Positions 30,838 to 40,661 of a stretch of 52,851 bases of DNA are shown piece by piece (position 1 is the first letter of the stretch; the number at the start of each line of letters is the position of its first letter). Below the pieces are notes generated by a model that saw nothing but the letters and a program-made list of their open reading frames with translations, was not told the origin of the DNA and ran no database searches. This stretch comes from Clostridia bacterium (GTDB taxonomy: Bacteria > Bacillota > Clostridia > DUPQ01), in assembly GCA_016929655.1 (NCBI GenBank), contig JAFGIJ010000007.1, positions 1 to 52,851 of the forward strand. Direction: 5' to 3'. The translations under genes were made by a program, and so were the position numbers.

Positions 30838-31527
30838 ATGCACATGACACTAACCATTATTTCCCTGGCCTTGATACCTGTTGCCGTCCTCGTTGTTCTG
30901 CTTGTTTTTGCAGACAGGCACAACAAAGAACCCGCAAAACTACTGGCCAAAGTGTTTATTTTTGGTATTCTTGCATCCATTCCTGTTCTCATAATCCAGG
31001 TCATCTTGAATACTTTCAGTGCTGCAACCGGTATTTGGGCAATTATATTCCAGGCATTCATTGTTGCAGGTCTGACAGAAGAATACATGAAAAGAATGGT
31101 TGTACTCAAAATTGCATTCCGTAATCCGGCTTTTGATGAAAGACTGGACGGGATAATATACTGCGCATTTGCAGCCCTTGGATTTGCAGCAATTGAAAAT
31201 GTTCTTTACCTGATAAGCTATTATCCGACTCAACCTTCAGTTGCAATCTACAGGGCTGTATTATCAGTTCCTGCACATATGTTGTTTGGTATAACAATGG
31301 GTTATTACCTTTCACTTTCAAAATATTGCAGCAATCCTGTTCTAAGCAGAAAGTATTTCCAGCGATCACTTATTTATCCGGTGCTGTTGCATGGAACTTT
31401 TAATTTTTTGCTAAGTATAAACATCCCGCTTCTTCTGGTCTTTGTACCCTTTATCATATTCATGTGGATATATAATTTAAAGAAACTGAATAAATTTTAC
31501 AAAGAATCAAAGAACATGATTCAATAG
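30838..31527 (+). CDS. prsW: PrsW-family intramembrane glutamic protease
   Basis: AGLTEEYMK, DGIIY, LGFAAIEN, PAH and LLHGTFN. Confidence 0.9.
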   Translation: MHMTLTIISLALIPVAVLVVLLVFADRHNKEPAKLLAKVFIFGILASIPVLIIQVILNTFSAATGIWAIIFQAFIVAGLTEEYMKRMVVLKIAFRNPAFDERLDGIIYCAFAALGFAAIENVLYLISYYPTQPSVAIYRAVLSVPAHMLFGITMGYYLSLSKYCSNPVLSRKYFQRSLIYPVLLHGTFNFLLSINIPLLLVFVPFIIFMWIYNLKKLNKFYKESKNMIQ

Positions 31528-32543
31528 GCTGCTGCAATCATAGCCATATAGTTTTCAAATGGCACATATTCCGGTATGCTGTTTCCTGAACCCAGAGCAT
31601 AACCCCTTTCAGCTGACATAACCATTTCCATGCTTCGTTTATAAACCTCATCAGGTGTTGCCCTGCAAACAAAATCAAGGTCTATTCCACCCAGAATCGA
31701 AATACGGTCTTTGTATAGTGGATAAAATTTTTCAACGGGCATTATATTGTCTTCATAGGAATGCTTTGCATCATAACCCACACTGATTATATCATCCATC
31801 AAATGTTCCAGATTACCGCAGGAATGAAGGATGGCAGGTTTTCCTGCTTCGTGAATTGCCTCAACTATTTTCCTGTGCCAGGGAATAACGAATTTCTTCA
31901 TATCTTCAAGTGACATCATGGGTTGTGTATTGAATCCCCAGTCATCATTGGAGATTATCGCAACAACATCATCCCGTGGAGAGACGATTTTATAATAATC
32001 CACCAATATGGAACCCACTTTTTCAAAAATGTCGTGCACGAGGGTTTCATTATCATAAATGGCATAGCAAAGGTTGTCATATCCCATAAGAGAAATAACG
32101 TTTTCCAGTACACCACCGGGTCCATATGGTATTATTTTCATTCCTTTGGGAAGCCTTTTCCCTATATAATCAAGCCTGCTGTAATCAAAATCACCGGCGT
32201 TAGGCCAGATGAACCTGTCAAACGAAACTCTATCTTTTATTGCGACTGCGTCGTTGAGGGATTTTGTCTTTATGCTATGGGGGTCATTCATATTGAATAC
32301 AAGGTCACATGCAAGGATAGTAATGTAGTCATAACCGGCAGTCTCATACGCCCGGGTTCTTTCCATGTAATACTCATTGACATTATTGAAGACAAGCCGG
32401 TCCTTTTTAAGCAAAAATGCATATAGTGGGTCATTGAGGAAGAATTCAAACAGAGTTGGCCTTGAAGGTGCCTCGCCTGATAGAACTTTCAGAAAGTTCC
32501 TGTAATCCGGTTCCCTCGATTTTTCCCTGATATCATATTTCAT
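31521..32543 (-). CDS. uroporphyrinogen decarboxylase/MtaA-CmuA-fold protein
   Basis: MGYDNL, NDDWG, LHSCG, LGGIDL and GSGNSIPEYVP. Confidence 0.8.
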   Translation of the reverse strand: MKYDIREKSREPDYRNFLKVLSGEAPSRPTLFEFFLNDPLYAFLLKKDRLVFNNVNEYYMERTRAYETAGYDYITILACDLVFNMNDPHSIKTKSLNDAVAIKDRVSFDRFIWPNAGDFDYSRLDYIGKRLPKGMKIIPYGPGGVLENVISLMGYDNLCYAIYDNETLVHDIFEKVGSILVDYYKIVSPRDDVVAIISNDDWGFNTQPMMSLEDMKKFVIPWHRKIVEAIHEAGKPAILHSCGNLEHLMDDIISVGYDAKHSYEDNIMPVEKFYPLYKDRISILGGIDLDFVCRATPDEVYKRSMEMVMSAERGYALGSGNSIPEYVPFENYMAMIAAAY

Positions 32544-32551
32544 AATTTCCT

Positions 32552-32587
32552 AAAAAAAAAGAGCTTTCACAATGAAAGCCCTTTTTA
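32552..32587. terminator. bidirectional terminator-like hairpin
   Basis: A9-GAGCTTTCA-CAA-TGAAAGCCC-T5. Confidence 0.65.
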
Positions 32588-32595
32588 GTCAACTA

Positions 32596-32928
32596 TTAGA
32601 ATATCTTTGAGATAAACTTCACGATTTCATTGTCACATGCATTTTCTATAAAGTTTTCATCTTCTGTGTCATATGCAAACAAAAGAAGTGTGAAACCAAG
32701 GGTAATAAGCCCTTCCCAGTAATGAGAACAGTCTTTCTTTGATAACTTCGTCTTTTTGATGAATTTCTTCAAGCCGTCGAGATCAGAACATGATGCAATA
32801 ACACCATCAAAGATGGCCTTATATGCTGAAACCTCTTTGGGCATCAGTTTATTGCCTTCAGTTATAATCTTGGCTGAGTTTTCAAAATCTTTGACTGCTA
32901 TAACATATTTATTATTTTTCTTTGCCAT
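32596..32928 (-). CDS. hypothetical protein
   Basis: Open frame with GGGGG RBS before ATG 32928 and a downstream terminator; no recognisable motif. Confidence 0.65.
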   Translation of the reverse strand: MAKKNNKYVIAVKDFENSAKIITEGNKLMPKEVSAYKAIFDGVIASCSDLDGLKKFIKKTKLSKKDCSHYWEGLITLGFTLLLFAYDTEDENFIENACDNEIVKFISKIF

Positions 32929-33062
32929 TGGAAATCCCCCAATCAAGTTGTTTTATTCTATAACATTATAACATACTGTATATTACTTTCCATATCTATT
33001 TATCTAAAATTTCACTGACCTTTTTGTGAAAAGTATACATACAAACATCCATGGACCTGATT

Positions 33063-35288
33063 TTAGCCGCACTTTGAATAACCACAATTCCTGCAAATCA
33101 CACAACCACCCTCGTGCTCAACGGAATGTCCGCATTCAGGACATAGAACCATGTTTCCACCAACAGTCATGGTTGATTCAATTTCAGGATTTCCCTCAAT
33201 TACTTCCTCCGGCAATTCACGATGATTCATCTGATCTACCTTTTCTATGAGACGGCCTATTGCATCCGGACATGAGAGAACCTTCAGATCTTTCTGCCTT
33301 ATTGTAGACGGACACCTGATTCCCTTGAGCTGCTCAACAATTGCCTTTGTATCAACACCTGACCTAAGTGCTATTGAAACAAGCCTGCTTGTTGCTTCTG
33401 ACTGTGAAGGGCATCCCCCGTTCCTGCCGGTATTTGTAAACACCTCACATATTTTCCCGTTTTCATCATAATTGACGGTTATATAAAGATTTCCACATCC
33501 TATTTTGACTTTCTGTGTAAATCCTGTTGTAACCTCAGGTCTTTCTCTTGGTTTGAGCTTTTCTCCTGTTAAAAGGGCTCTGTTAACACCACCTATGTTC
33601 AGTACCTGGTAATCCCTGCTGCCGTCCCGGTAAAGAGTCACTCCCTTGCATCCAAGGGAATATGCCTTCAGGAATACCTCACTCACATCTTCCTTTGTTG
33701 CTTCTTTTCTAAGATTTACCGTCTTGGAAACGGCATTGTCTGTGTATTCCTGGAAAACTGCCTGCATTTTAATATGCCATTCAGGGCTTATGTCATGTGC
33801 TGTTACAAATATCCTTTTGGTTTCCTCATCAATTTCATCAATGCCTGCAATGGTTCCAGAAAGTGCAATTTCCTTCATAAGTTCCTGTGAATATGCATTA
33901 TTATCCACAAGATGCTTTTCAAAGATGGCGTTTCCTTCAACCATCTCTTCATCATCCATTATATTTCTGATATATGAAAGGCCAAAAACCGGTTCGACTC
34001 CACTTGAAACTCCTGCTATTATACTCAATGTTCCGGTGGGTGCAATTGTTGTTGTGGTCGCATTTCTTATGAGAATATCCCTGTCCTTGAATATACTCAT
34101 ATCATAATAAGGGAAAACACCTTTGATTTGTGCCAGGTTCATGGATGCTTTCTTGGATTCCCCATCAAGAAATTTCATAAGACTTCTTCCAAGTTCCAGT
34201 GCTTCCATGGAATTATATGCAATTCCCATTTTGTATAATGCATCTGCCCAGCCCATAACCCCAAGACCTATTTTCCTTGTAGCCTTGGTTCTTTCGGTTA
34301 TCATTGGATGGGGATAAACACTGACATCTATTACATTGTCAAGAAAATGAACTGCTTTTCTGATTGTTTCCCTGAGTTTTTCATAATTGAAAGAAGTTCC
34401 CGATTCATTCATCATCTCCATAAGGTTTATCGAACCAAGATTACATGACTCATATGGGAGCAACGGCTGTTCTCCGCATGGATTGGTGCTTTCGATATCC
34501 CCAGCACCCGGAACGGTATTGGTTCTGTTTATTCGGTCAAGAAATATAATGCCAGGTTCGCCATTGTTCCATGCATTGGTGACAATCATGTCAAATATCT
34601 CTCTGGCACTCTCTTTTTTAACTACTCTTTTGCTCTTGGGATGTATCAATTCATATTCCGCATTGTTCTCAACGGCTTCCATGAAATCTTCAGTAACTCC
34701 GATACTTATATTGAAATTGGTTATTTCCTTGTTATCCTGTTTGCAGGTTATGAATTCCCTGATATCAGGGTGATCTACCCTCAGGATACCCATGTTTGCG
34801 CCTCGCCTGGTACCACCTTGTTTTACTGCTTCTGTAGCTGAGTTAAATACTTTCATGAAGCTAATCGGACCACTTGCAACACCTCCGGTTGTCCTGACTA
34901 CAGATCCGGCCGGCCTTATTTTAGAAAAGCTGAATCCTGTTCCGCCTCCGCTTTTATGAATCAATGCTGCATTTTTTATAGCTTCGAATATAGCTTCCAT
35001 AGAGTCATCAATTGGAAGAACAAAGCATGCCGAAAGCTGACCCAGTGGTCTTCCTGCATTCATCAAAGTCGGTGAATTGGGCAGGAATTCAAGGCTGCTC
35101 ATCATATGATAAAATTCTGTCTCAGTTCTTGAAACTTCTTCTTCAGTGAAATATTTCAAGTCCGCCTCAGCAACTGCATGGGCAACCCTTCTGAACATTT
35201 CTTCAGGGGTTTCGACTAAATTGCCGGCTTCATCTCTGGCAAGATATCTTTTTTCCAAAACTTTGACTGCATTTTCGGATATAGCCAT
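33063..35288 (-). CDS. nrdJ: class II (adenosylcobalamin-dependent) ribonucleotide reductase with C-terminal TSCPD/Zn-ribbon
   Basis: PNSPTLMNAG, LSACF, QGGTRRGANM, TNPCGEQ, IAPTGT, GVTLYRDGSR, LSCPDAI and CPECG...CRNCGYSKCG. Start 35288 follows GGAGG. Confidence 0.95.
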   Translation of the reverse strand: MAISENAVKVLEKRYLARDEAGNLVETPEEMFRRVAHAVAEADLKYFTEEEVSRTETEFYHMMSSLEFLPNSPTLMNAGRPLGQLSACFVLPIDDSMEAIFEAIKNAALIHKSGGGTGFSFSKIRPAGSVVRTTGGVASGPISFMKVFNSATEAVKQGGTRRGANMGILRVDHPDIREFITCKQDNKEITNFNISIGVTEDFMEAVENNAEYELIHPKSKRVVKKESAREIFDMIVTNAWNNGEPGIIFLDRINRTNTVPGAGDIESTNPCGEQPLLPYESCNLGSINLMEMMNESGTSFNYEKLRETIRKAVHFLDNVIDVSVYPHPMITERTKATRKIGLGVMGWADALYKMGIAYNSMEALELGRSLMKFLDGESKKASMNLAQIKGVFPYYDMSIFKDRDILIRNATTTTIAPTGTLSIIAGVSSGVEPVFGLSYIRNIMDDEEMVEGNAIFEKHLVDNNAYSQELMKEIALSGTIAGIDEIDEETKRIFVTAHDISPEWHIKMQAVFQEYTDNAVSKTVNLRKEATKEDVSEVFLKAYSLGCKGVTLYRDGSRDYQVLNIGGVNRALLTGEKLKPRERPEVTTGFTQKVKIGCGNLYITVNYDENGKICEVFTNTGRNGGCPSQSEATSRLVSIALRSGVDTKAIVEQLKGIRCPSTIRQKDLKVLSCPDAIGRLIEKVDQMNHRELPEEVIEGNPEIESTMTVGGNMVLCPECGHSVEHEGGCVICRNCGYSKCG

Positions 35289-35330
35289 AGATTCCTCCAT
35301 TTTGTATCTGTTATATACCGTGTATATTAA

Positions 35331-35358
35331 ATTGTATCACTGACCGAATATATGTCAA
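35331..35358 (-). promoter_or_regulatory. sigma-A-like promoter of nrdJ
   Basis: Minus strand TTGACA-16 nt-TACAAT with extended TG. Confidence 0.7.
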
Positions 35359-35546
35359 TTTTATCTAATGATGTAACTTGGCAGTCTTTGCTGAATTGGT
35401 TGCACTCGAGTCCTCATATATTATTAGGGCCCATATGTCTGTTATATACTTTTTTAAGAAACAATCAGCTGTGAAACCTTCATTCACATCTATTATAGCT
35501 GGAGATTGTTTTTGATTTAATGGATTATGAACGTATAATATATATT

Positions 35547-35927
35547 GTGAACAGAAAAAGAAACATAAATGACATCATACTGATTATTATGCTTATAGTA
35601 CTGCCACTTGCAGCTCTTTCATTGAATTTGGCATTCGGGGAAAAGCCTGGTTCTGATAGTCTGGTTGTAATCACTGTCATGGGTGAGCTATATGACAAGG
35701 TGCCACTGAATCAAGACACTGTAATTGAAATAGAAACTGAGCTTGGGATAAATCGTATTGAAATAAAGGACGGGCAGGTGTGGATGTCTTATGCTGACTG
35801 CCCTGACCAACTATGTGTAAATCACAAGGCAGTATCTCTGACCGGTGGGCAGATCGTCTGCCTTCCGAATCAGGTTGTTGTGTCAGTGGAATCATCCATC
35901 GGTAGTCTGGATTCGATATCGGAGTAA
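35547..35927 (+). CDS. NusG domain II-containing membrane-anchored protein
   Basis: N-terminal TM helix, ADCPDQLCV and IVCLPNQV. GTG start proposed; the ORF track starts at 35520. Confidence 0.85.
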   Translation: MNRKRNINDIILIIMLIVLPLAALSLNLAFGEKPGSDSLVVITVMGELYDKVPLNQDTVIEIETELGINRIEIKDGQVWMSYADCPDQLCVNHKAVSLTGGQIVCLPNQVVVSVESSIGSLDSISE

Positions 35928-35931
35928 ATTT

Positions 35932-36465
35932 ATGACTAAAAAAATAACAACAGCAGGTATATTTACCGCAATGGCCATCGGACTTGCATTCTTTGAGCGG
36001 CTGATTCCCATTGACTTTGGTATTCCCGGAATCAAGCTGGGTCTTGCGAATATCGTTACTGTAACCTCTTTGTTTATTCTCGGACCCCTTTATTCCATAG
36101 TTATACAAATAGCCCGTGTGATTTTATCGACATTACTTTTCGGCAGCCCGGCCGGACTGATTTACAGCCTTTCCGGCGGATTGCTGAGCGTGGCTGCCAT
36201 GGTATTGATCTTAAAAATACCCAGACCTGTTTTCAGTATTATATCCATTAGTGTTGTTGGTGCTGTATTTCATAATATCGGACAGATTCTTGCTGCATCA
36301 TTTGTAGTAATGAACCTCAACCTTGCCTTCTATCTGCCAGTTTTGATGATTACAGGTGTTATAACCGGGCTTTTTGTAGGATTTGTTTCCAAGTATCTCG
36401 TCACCGGTCTTGACCGCTCCGGAGCTTTTCGTATAACTGATGTAAATGCAAGGAAAAGATTATAA
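35932..36465 (+). CDS. Gx transporter / heptaprenyl diphosphate synthase component I-like membrane protein
   Basis: PGIKLGLAN, SLSGG and HNIGQ; usual partner of NusG-II. Confidence 0.88.
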   Translation: MTKKITTAGIFTAMAIGLAFFERLIPIDFGIPGIKLGLANIVTVTSLFILGPLYSIVIQIARVILSTLLFGSPAGLIYSLSGGLLSVAAMVLILKIPRPVFSIISISVVGAVFHNIGQILAASFVVMNLNLAFYLPVLMITGVITGLFVGFVSKYLVTGLDRSGAFRITDVNARKRL

Positions 36466-36478
36466 ACTGATATTTTCA

Positions 36479-36517
36479 ATTTATCGTTTAACTATTGTGT
36501 ATTTGATTTATCGTTTA
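36479..36517 (+). repeat. perfect 12-bp direct repeat at 27-bp spacing over the promoter of DUF4143 copy 3
   Basis: ATTTATCGTTTA at 36479 and 36506, followed by TGcTATAAT at 36524-36532. Confidence 0.7.
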
Positions 36518-36598
36518 TTTAAATGCTATAATTATATTATATTTTAGTTATGCGCAATACATTAATACTATAGAGCTATATAAAGTCAGGAGAACACA

Positions 36599-37810
36599 AT
36601 GGTACGACGCGAAATTTATTTAAAGCAAATAATGAAATGGATGAATAAACCCATGATAAAAGTTATTACCGGTGTGAGGCGATGCGGTAAATCATATCTC
36701 ATGAGAATGTCCATTGATATTCTGAAGGGAAAAGGAGTAGCACAAGAATCAATAATATTTCTCAATCTTGAATTGTTCGAAAACAGCCACCTGCTTACGG
36801 CAGAAACATTATACAATCATATAAAGAACATTGCCCCAAAGAACGGTCGAGTATATATCTTTATCGATGAAGTTCAAAACTGTATCGGTTGGGAAAGAAT
36901 AACAGCCTCACTTCTTGCAGAAGAACGCTTTGATATATATCTGACAGGATCCAATGCATCAATGCTTTCAGGTGACCTTGCTACCAATATTGCCGGTAGG
37001 TATATTGAAATCAAGGTTCATCCACTGAGTTTTTCTGAGTACATCGATTTCAATGAACAACTTGCAGGCAGAGATTTAACTATTGATCATTTGTTCAATG
37101 AATATCTTAGATATGGTGGGTTTCCCGGCTTATTTACAGTAACAGATGATGATGAAGCCAGAAGACAATACTTAAGCAGTATAAGGGATACCGTTGTTCT
37201 AAGAGATACTATCCAGCGTCATGATGTCAGGGATGCAGATTTATTGGAAAGAGTTATGGCATATAGTTTTGACAATATCGGACAGACTTTTTCCTCTTCC
37301 ACTGTTGTAAACTATCTTAAGTCCATGAATTTTTTCCCATCCCCACCTACAGTCGCTTCTTATTTAAATGCCCTGACAGATGCTATGATTATTGAAAAAT
37401 CGTCACGTTATGATATCAAGGGTAAGAAAATAATGCAGCGGATGGAAAAATATTTTGTCTGTGATCTTGGTATAAGACATGCTGAAATCGGGTATCGAGA
37501 CAACGATATCAGTCAGATGCTTGAAAATATTATATTCAATGAATTGCTAATCAGGGGGTTTGAAGTTTTTGTTGGTAAAGAAGGAAACAGAGAAGTAGAT
37601 TTCATCGCCATGAAGGGTGATGACCGCATATACATACAGGTTGCATATCTATTGGCATCAAACGAAGTAATTGAACGTGAATTCCAACCATTGCTTGCTA
37701 TCAGGGATGCTTATCCTAAAACAGTCCTTTCTATGGACAGGGTTCCCATTGGACCAAGAGATGGCATAAAACATCAATACATTCTTGATTTCCTTATGAA
37801 CAACAAGTGA
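36599..37810 (+). CDS. AAA_14 ATPase with DUF4143 domain, copy 3
   Basis: GVRRCGKS, IFIDEVQ, LTGSNA, YGGFP, DLGIR, LEN and EVDF...YIQV; AGGAG RBS. Confidence 0.88.
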   Translation: MVRREIYLKQIMKWMNKPMIKVITGVRRCGKSYLMRMSIDILKGKGVAQESIIFLNLELFENSHLLTAETLYNHIKNIAPKNGRVYIFIDEVQNCIGWERITASLLAEERFDIYLTGSNASMLSGDLATNIAGRYIEIKVHPLSFSEYIDFNEQLAGRDLTIDHLFNEYLRYGGFPGLFTVTDDDEARRQYLSSIRDTVVLRDTIQRHDVRDADLLERVMAYSFDNIGQTFSSSTVVNYLKSMNFFPSPPTVASYLNALTDAMIIEKSSRYDIKGKKIMQRMEKYFVCDLGIRHAEIGYRDNDISQMLENIIFNELLIRGFEVFVGKEGNREVDFIAMKGDDRIYIQVAYLLASNEVIEREFQPLLAIRDAYPKTVLSMDRVPIGPRDGIKHQYILDFLMNNK

Positions 37811-37843
37811 AAAAAAGATGCCATAGGTTTATATGGCATCTTT
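37811..37843. terminator. terminator hairpin between convergent genes
   Basis: AAAGATGCCATA-GGTTTA-TATGGCATCTTT. Confidence 0.75.
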
Positions 37844-37872
37844 GTCATGGCTTAATCTAATATTTCTAGTTT

Positions 37873-38532
37873 TTAGTTACCATCTGTCTCTTTATCAAAT
37901 CCGGGGAATCTTCCAATTTTATCACGGAATGAATCCGTCCCGCATCCGACAAATCCTGCTCTGCCTCCAATAAGAAGCCGGGCTGTTTCTTCAGTTAATT
38001 CACCACTTTCAATTTTTGCATCAATCAATGACTTATGATATTCCATCACTTCTGCCATTGCATCCTTTACCGCAGCCTGCGTTTCATCATCAGCATCCTT
38101 GACCAGCCACCACAATTCCATGGGTCTGTCTTCAAATGAGTCAACTTCTTCCTGTGTTATATAGCCCTCACTTACAAGTCCGGCTACCACTTCGTCAATC
38201 TTAACTTCAACGGCTTCCCTGATTTCCTCTGCCACAGCTTTTACTGCCGCAATGGTTTCTTCATCAAATTCAGGTCTTTGTAAACCAGGCCTTCTGCCCA
38301 TCATTCCTGGTCCGAAGAAATTCTCATCATCCCTGTCGCCTCTGATTGCATCCCAGACTTTGCTGAAGACATTTGCTTCATCTTCTGTTATTGTACCGTC
38401 TTCAATTTTTTCGCCCAGTATTTTGCTGAATGGATTTACAAGCTGTCCATCTGCAGTTGCAGCAAGTGCTATGGATCCTCCAAGTGCAAAGACTGCTATC
38501 AATGAAATTATAATAATTACTTTCTTTTTCAT
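37873..38532 (-). CDS. secreted hypothetical protein
   Basis: Signal peptide MKKKVIII...ALA; acidic helical body with repeated G-x-I/L-T-x-E motifs; AAGGAGG RBS. Confidence 0.75.
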   Translation of the reverse strand: MKKKVIIIISLIAVFALGGSIALAATADGQLVNPFSKILGEKIEDGTITEDEANVFSKVWDAIRGDRDDENFFGPGMMGRRPGLQRPEFDEETIAAVKAVAEEIREAVEVKIDEVVAGLVSEGYITQEEVDSFEDRPMELWWLVKDADDETQAAVKDAMAEVMEYHKSLIDAKIESGELTEETARLLIGGRAGFVGCGTDSFRDKIGRFPGFDKETDGN

Positions 38533-38566
38533 AAAAACCTCCTTATGGTTAAACTATATCTCTAAG

Positions 38567-38588
38567 TTGTGGAGATTTTATGCAGATT
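38567..38588 (-). promoter_or_regulatory. putative OmpR-type response regulator binding site (11-bp tandem repeat)
   Basis: Minus strand AATCTGCATAA-AATCTCCACAA, 8 nt upstream of a TATAGT -10-like hexamer. Confidence 0.55.
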
Positions 38589-39927
38589 ACTGTAATTTTT
38601 TTGGAAACGATATATAAATTTTTGTTCCCACTCCCTTTTTGCTTTCAACCTTGATATCCCCTCCATGTGCGCTGATAACGGTCTTGGCAATGGATAACCC
38701 TATTCCTGCACCACCGGTCTCTCTGCTTCTTGATTCATCACCACGGTAAAATCTGTTGAATATAAATGGAATATCTTTTTCGTCTATCCCCATTCCGGTG
38801 TCTTCAACTATGCAAATCACTTCACTTGAATTTTCATGAAGGCTAACAGTTATCGTTCCACCACTGTCTGTATATTTAAAAGCATTGGACAGAACATTGA
38901 CAAACACCTGCAAAAGCCGGTCTTTGTTCCCCTTGATACGACCGGTTGCCTCCATGCTTTTTTTAAAAATTATATTACTGTCATCTGCTACGGGCGAATA
39001 TACGGTGAAAAGGCTTTCAAGTATTTCCGAAAGATCTATGTCCTCAAGCTTCATGTTGCTGTAGTCTGCTTCAAGAAGTGTCAGGTCAGAAAGATTGTTT
39101 ACAAGTCTGGTTAGTCTGTTTATCTGGTCTAAAAGCACCGACATCCTTTCCTCATCCGCTTTATATATTCCATCCAGTATTGCCTCAATGTTCGTTGAAA
39201 GAACGGCAATGGGTGTTTTTAGCTCATGTACGATGTCGTTGGATAATCTTTTCCTCATATCCTCTTCATGTTTCATCTGTTCGGCAAGCCGTTCTATGTC
39301 ATCTGACAATTCCCTGAGCTCCCTTGCCTTTGAATCCGGTTTTATGACCTTGTCGAACCTGTTCATTGCGATATTGTTAACATTTTCCTTCAGCTGCATG
39401 ATTGGTCTGTTGAATCTCTTGGATAGCACAAATGCAGTTAATATAGCAATCAGCATGGATATTACAAACAGGACTGCATACATGATATTAAGAGTTCTGA
39501 CAAATTCAGCATTTCCTATATCATACAAAGGGTCCTTGACCCTGCCGATTATAAGTGTGTATCCACTTATTTCGTACTCAAGGTTCACATACTCGGGTTC
39601 TGAAACTTCATTGCTTCCTTCGTTTGGAGTTCTGATAATGTTCGACTTAAATATTACAGTGTCATCCCTGGAAAGCATAATATTGACATCCTGTTGTCTT
39701 GATAACATTCCAAGTATCATGGGATATGCATTCTGCGAAAGTTCTTCGTCCTCCACCATACCCGTTACTACTTCCACTATTCTTTCATTTCTTATGATGT
39801 TGTTTGCCCTTATAAAACTTCTGAAGAATATGGATGCACCAAAATTGGACACAAGGGTGGTCAACAGCAGCACAACTGTCACTGTTAAAATAAAATATCT
39901 TGTGAACAATTTATTCAGACTTGTCAT
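38587..39927 (-). CDS. HAMP-domain sensor histidine kinase (BaeS-like)
   Basis: Two TM helices, HELKTP, NVLSNAFKY, DTGMG, RFYRGD and GAGIGL. Confidence 0.93.
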   Translation of the reverse strand: MTSLNKLFTRYFILTVTVVLLLTTLVSNFGASIFFRSFIRANNIIRNERIVEVVTGMVEDEELSQNAYPMILGMLSRQQDVNIMLSRDDTVIFKSNIIRTPNEGSNEVSEPEYVNLEYEISGYTLIIGRVKDPLYDIGNAEFVRTLNIMYAVLFVISMLIAILTAFVLSKRFNRPIMQLKENVNNIAMNRFDKVIKPDSKARELRELSDDIERLAEQMKHEEDMRKRLSNDIVHELKTPIAVLSTNIEAILDGIYKADEERMSVLLDQINRLTRLVNNLSDLTLLEADYSNMKLEDIDLSEILESLFTVYSPVADDSNIIFKKSMEATGRIKGNKDRLLQVFVNVLSNAFKYTDSGGTITVSLHENSSEVICIVEDTGMGIDEKDIPFIFNRFYRGDESRSRETGGAGIGLSIAKTVISAHGGDIKVESKKGVGTKIYISFPKKLQ

Positions 39928-40604
39928 TGCTCCTCCATGAATTTGTAGCCAATTCCAAACACCGTCCTGACATATTCAGGTCTTGACGGGTCTGATTCAA
40001 TTTTTTGTCTTATGTTTTTGATATGTGAATCAATGGTTCTGCTCATACCTTCATATTCATATCCAAGGGCATAGGTTATCAGCTGTTCCCTTGTGTATGT
40101 CCTGCCTGGATTTCTGTACATCGTTGAAAGTATTTTAAATTCAATTGGAGTCAGGTCAATCTGTCTGCCATCTTTTTTTACAGTATATGAATTTTCATCA
40201 ATTTCAAGTTTTCTAGTCGCATGAAGGTCAATGGATGATGTTTTACCCATTCTTCTGAATATTGCCTTAACCCGTGCAACAAGTTCCTTTGGACTGAAAG
40301 GCTTTGTAATATAGTCATCTGCACCCATTTCAAGTCCATTTATTCTGGAATCTTCACCACTTTTGGATGTCAGCATGATAATCGGTGTGTTATGGTTCTC
40401 CCTGATGGCATTGCAGACCTTTTCTCCGGGTATATCCGGCAGCATCAGGTCAAGTATAACCAGGTCCGGCTTTTCATCATGAAAAACCTTGACAGCTGAA
40501 ACACCATCGCCGGCTTGCAGCACCTTGTAACCTTCTTTTTCAAGGTAAAGGGAAACTACTTCCCTTAGTTCCCTTTCATCATCTACAACCATAATCTTTG
40601 CCAT
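39924..40604 (-). CDS. OmpR-family response regulator
   Basis: VVDDE, LDLMLP, GADDYITKPF and RTIDSHIKNIR. Confidence 0.95.
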   Translation of the reverse strand: MAKIMVVDDERELREVVSLYLEKEGYKVLQAGDGVSAVKVFHDEKPDLVILDLMLPDIPGEKVCNAIRENHNTPIIMLTSKSGEDSRINGLEMGADDYITKPFSPKELVARVKAIFRRMGKTSSIDLHATRKLEIDENSYTVKKDGRQIDLTPIEFKILSTMYRNPGRTYTREQLITYALGYEYEGMSRTIDSHIKNIRQKIESDPSRPEYVRTVFGIGYKFMEEQ

Positions 40605-40661
40605 TTTATCACTTCTTCCTGATCAATATGCCACCACTCTATATCAGCCAACACAATCATG

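Noticed and set aside
33063-35300. Intein or intron in nrdJ, or an upstream cobalamin riboswitch
   Set aside because: Protein length and motifs are continuous, and the promoter-to-start distance (about 40 nt) is too short for a riboswitch.
39095-39940. Long antisense ORFs (281 aa here; also 1978-2664, 12825-13436 and others)
   Set aside because: They lie opposite well-supported genes and have the Ser/Ile/Phe-rich composition typical of shadow frames.
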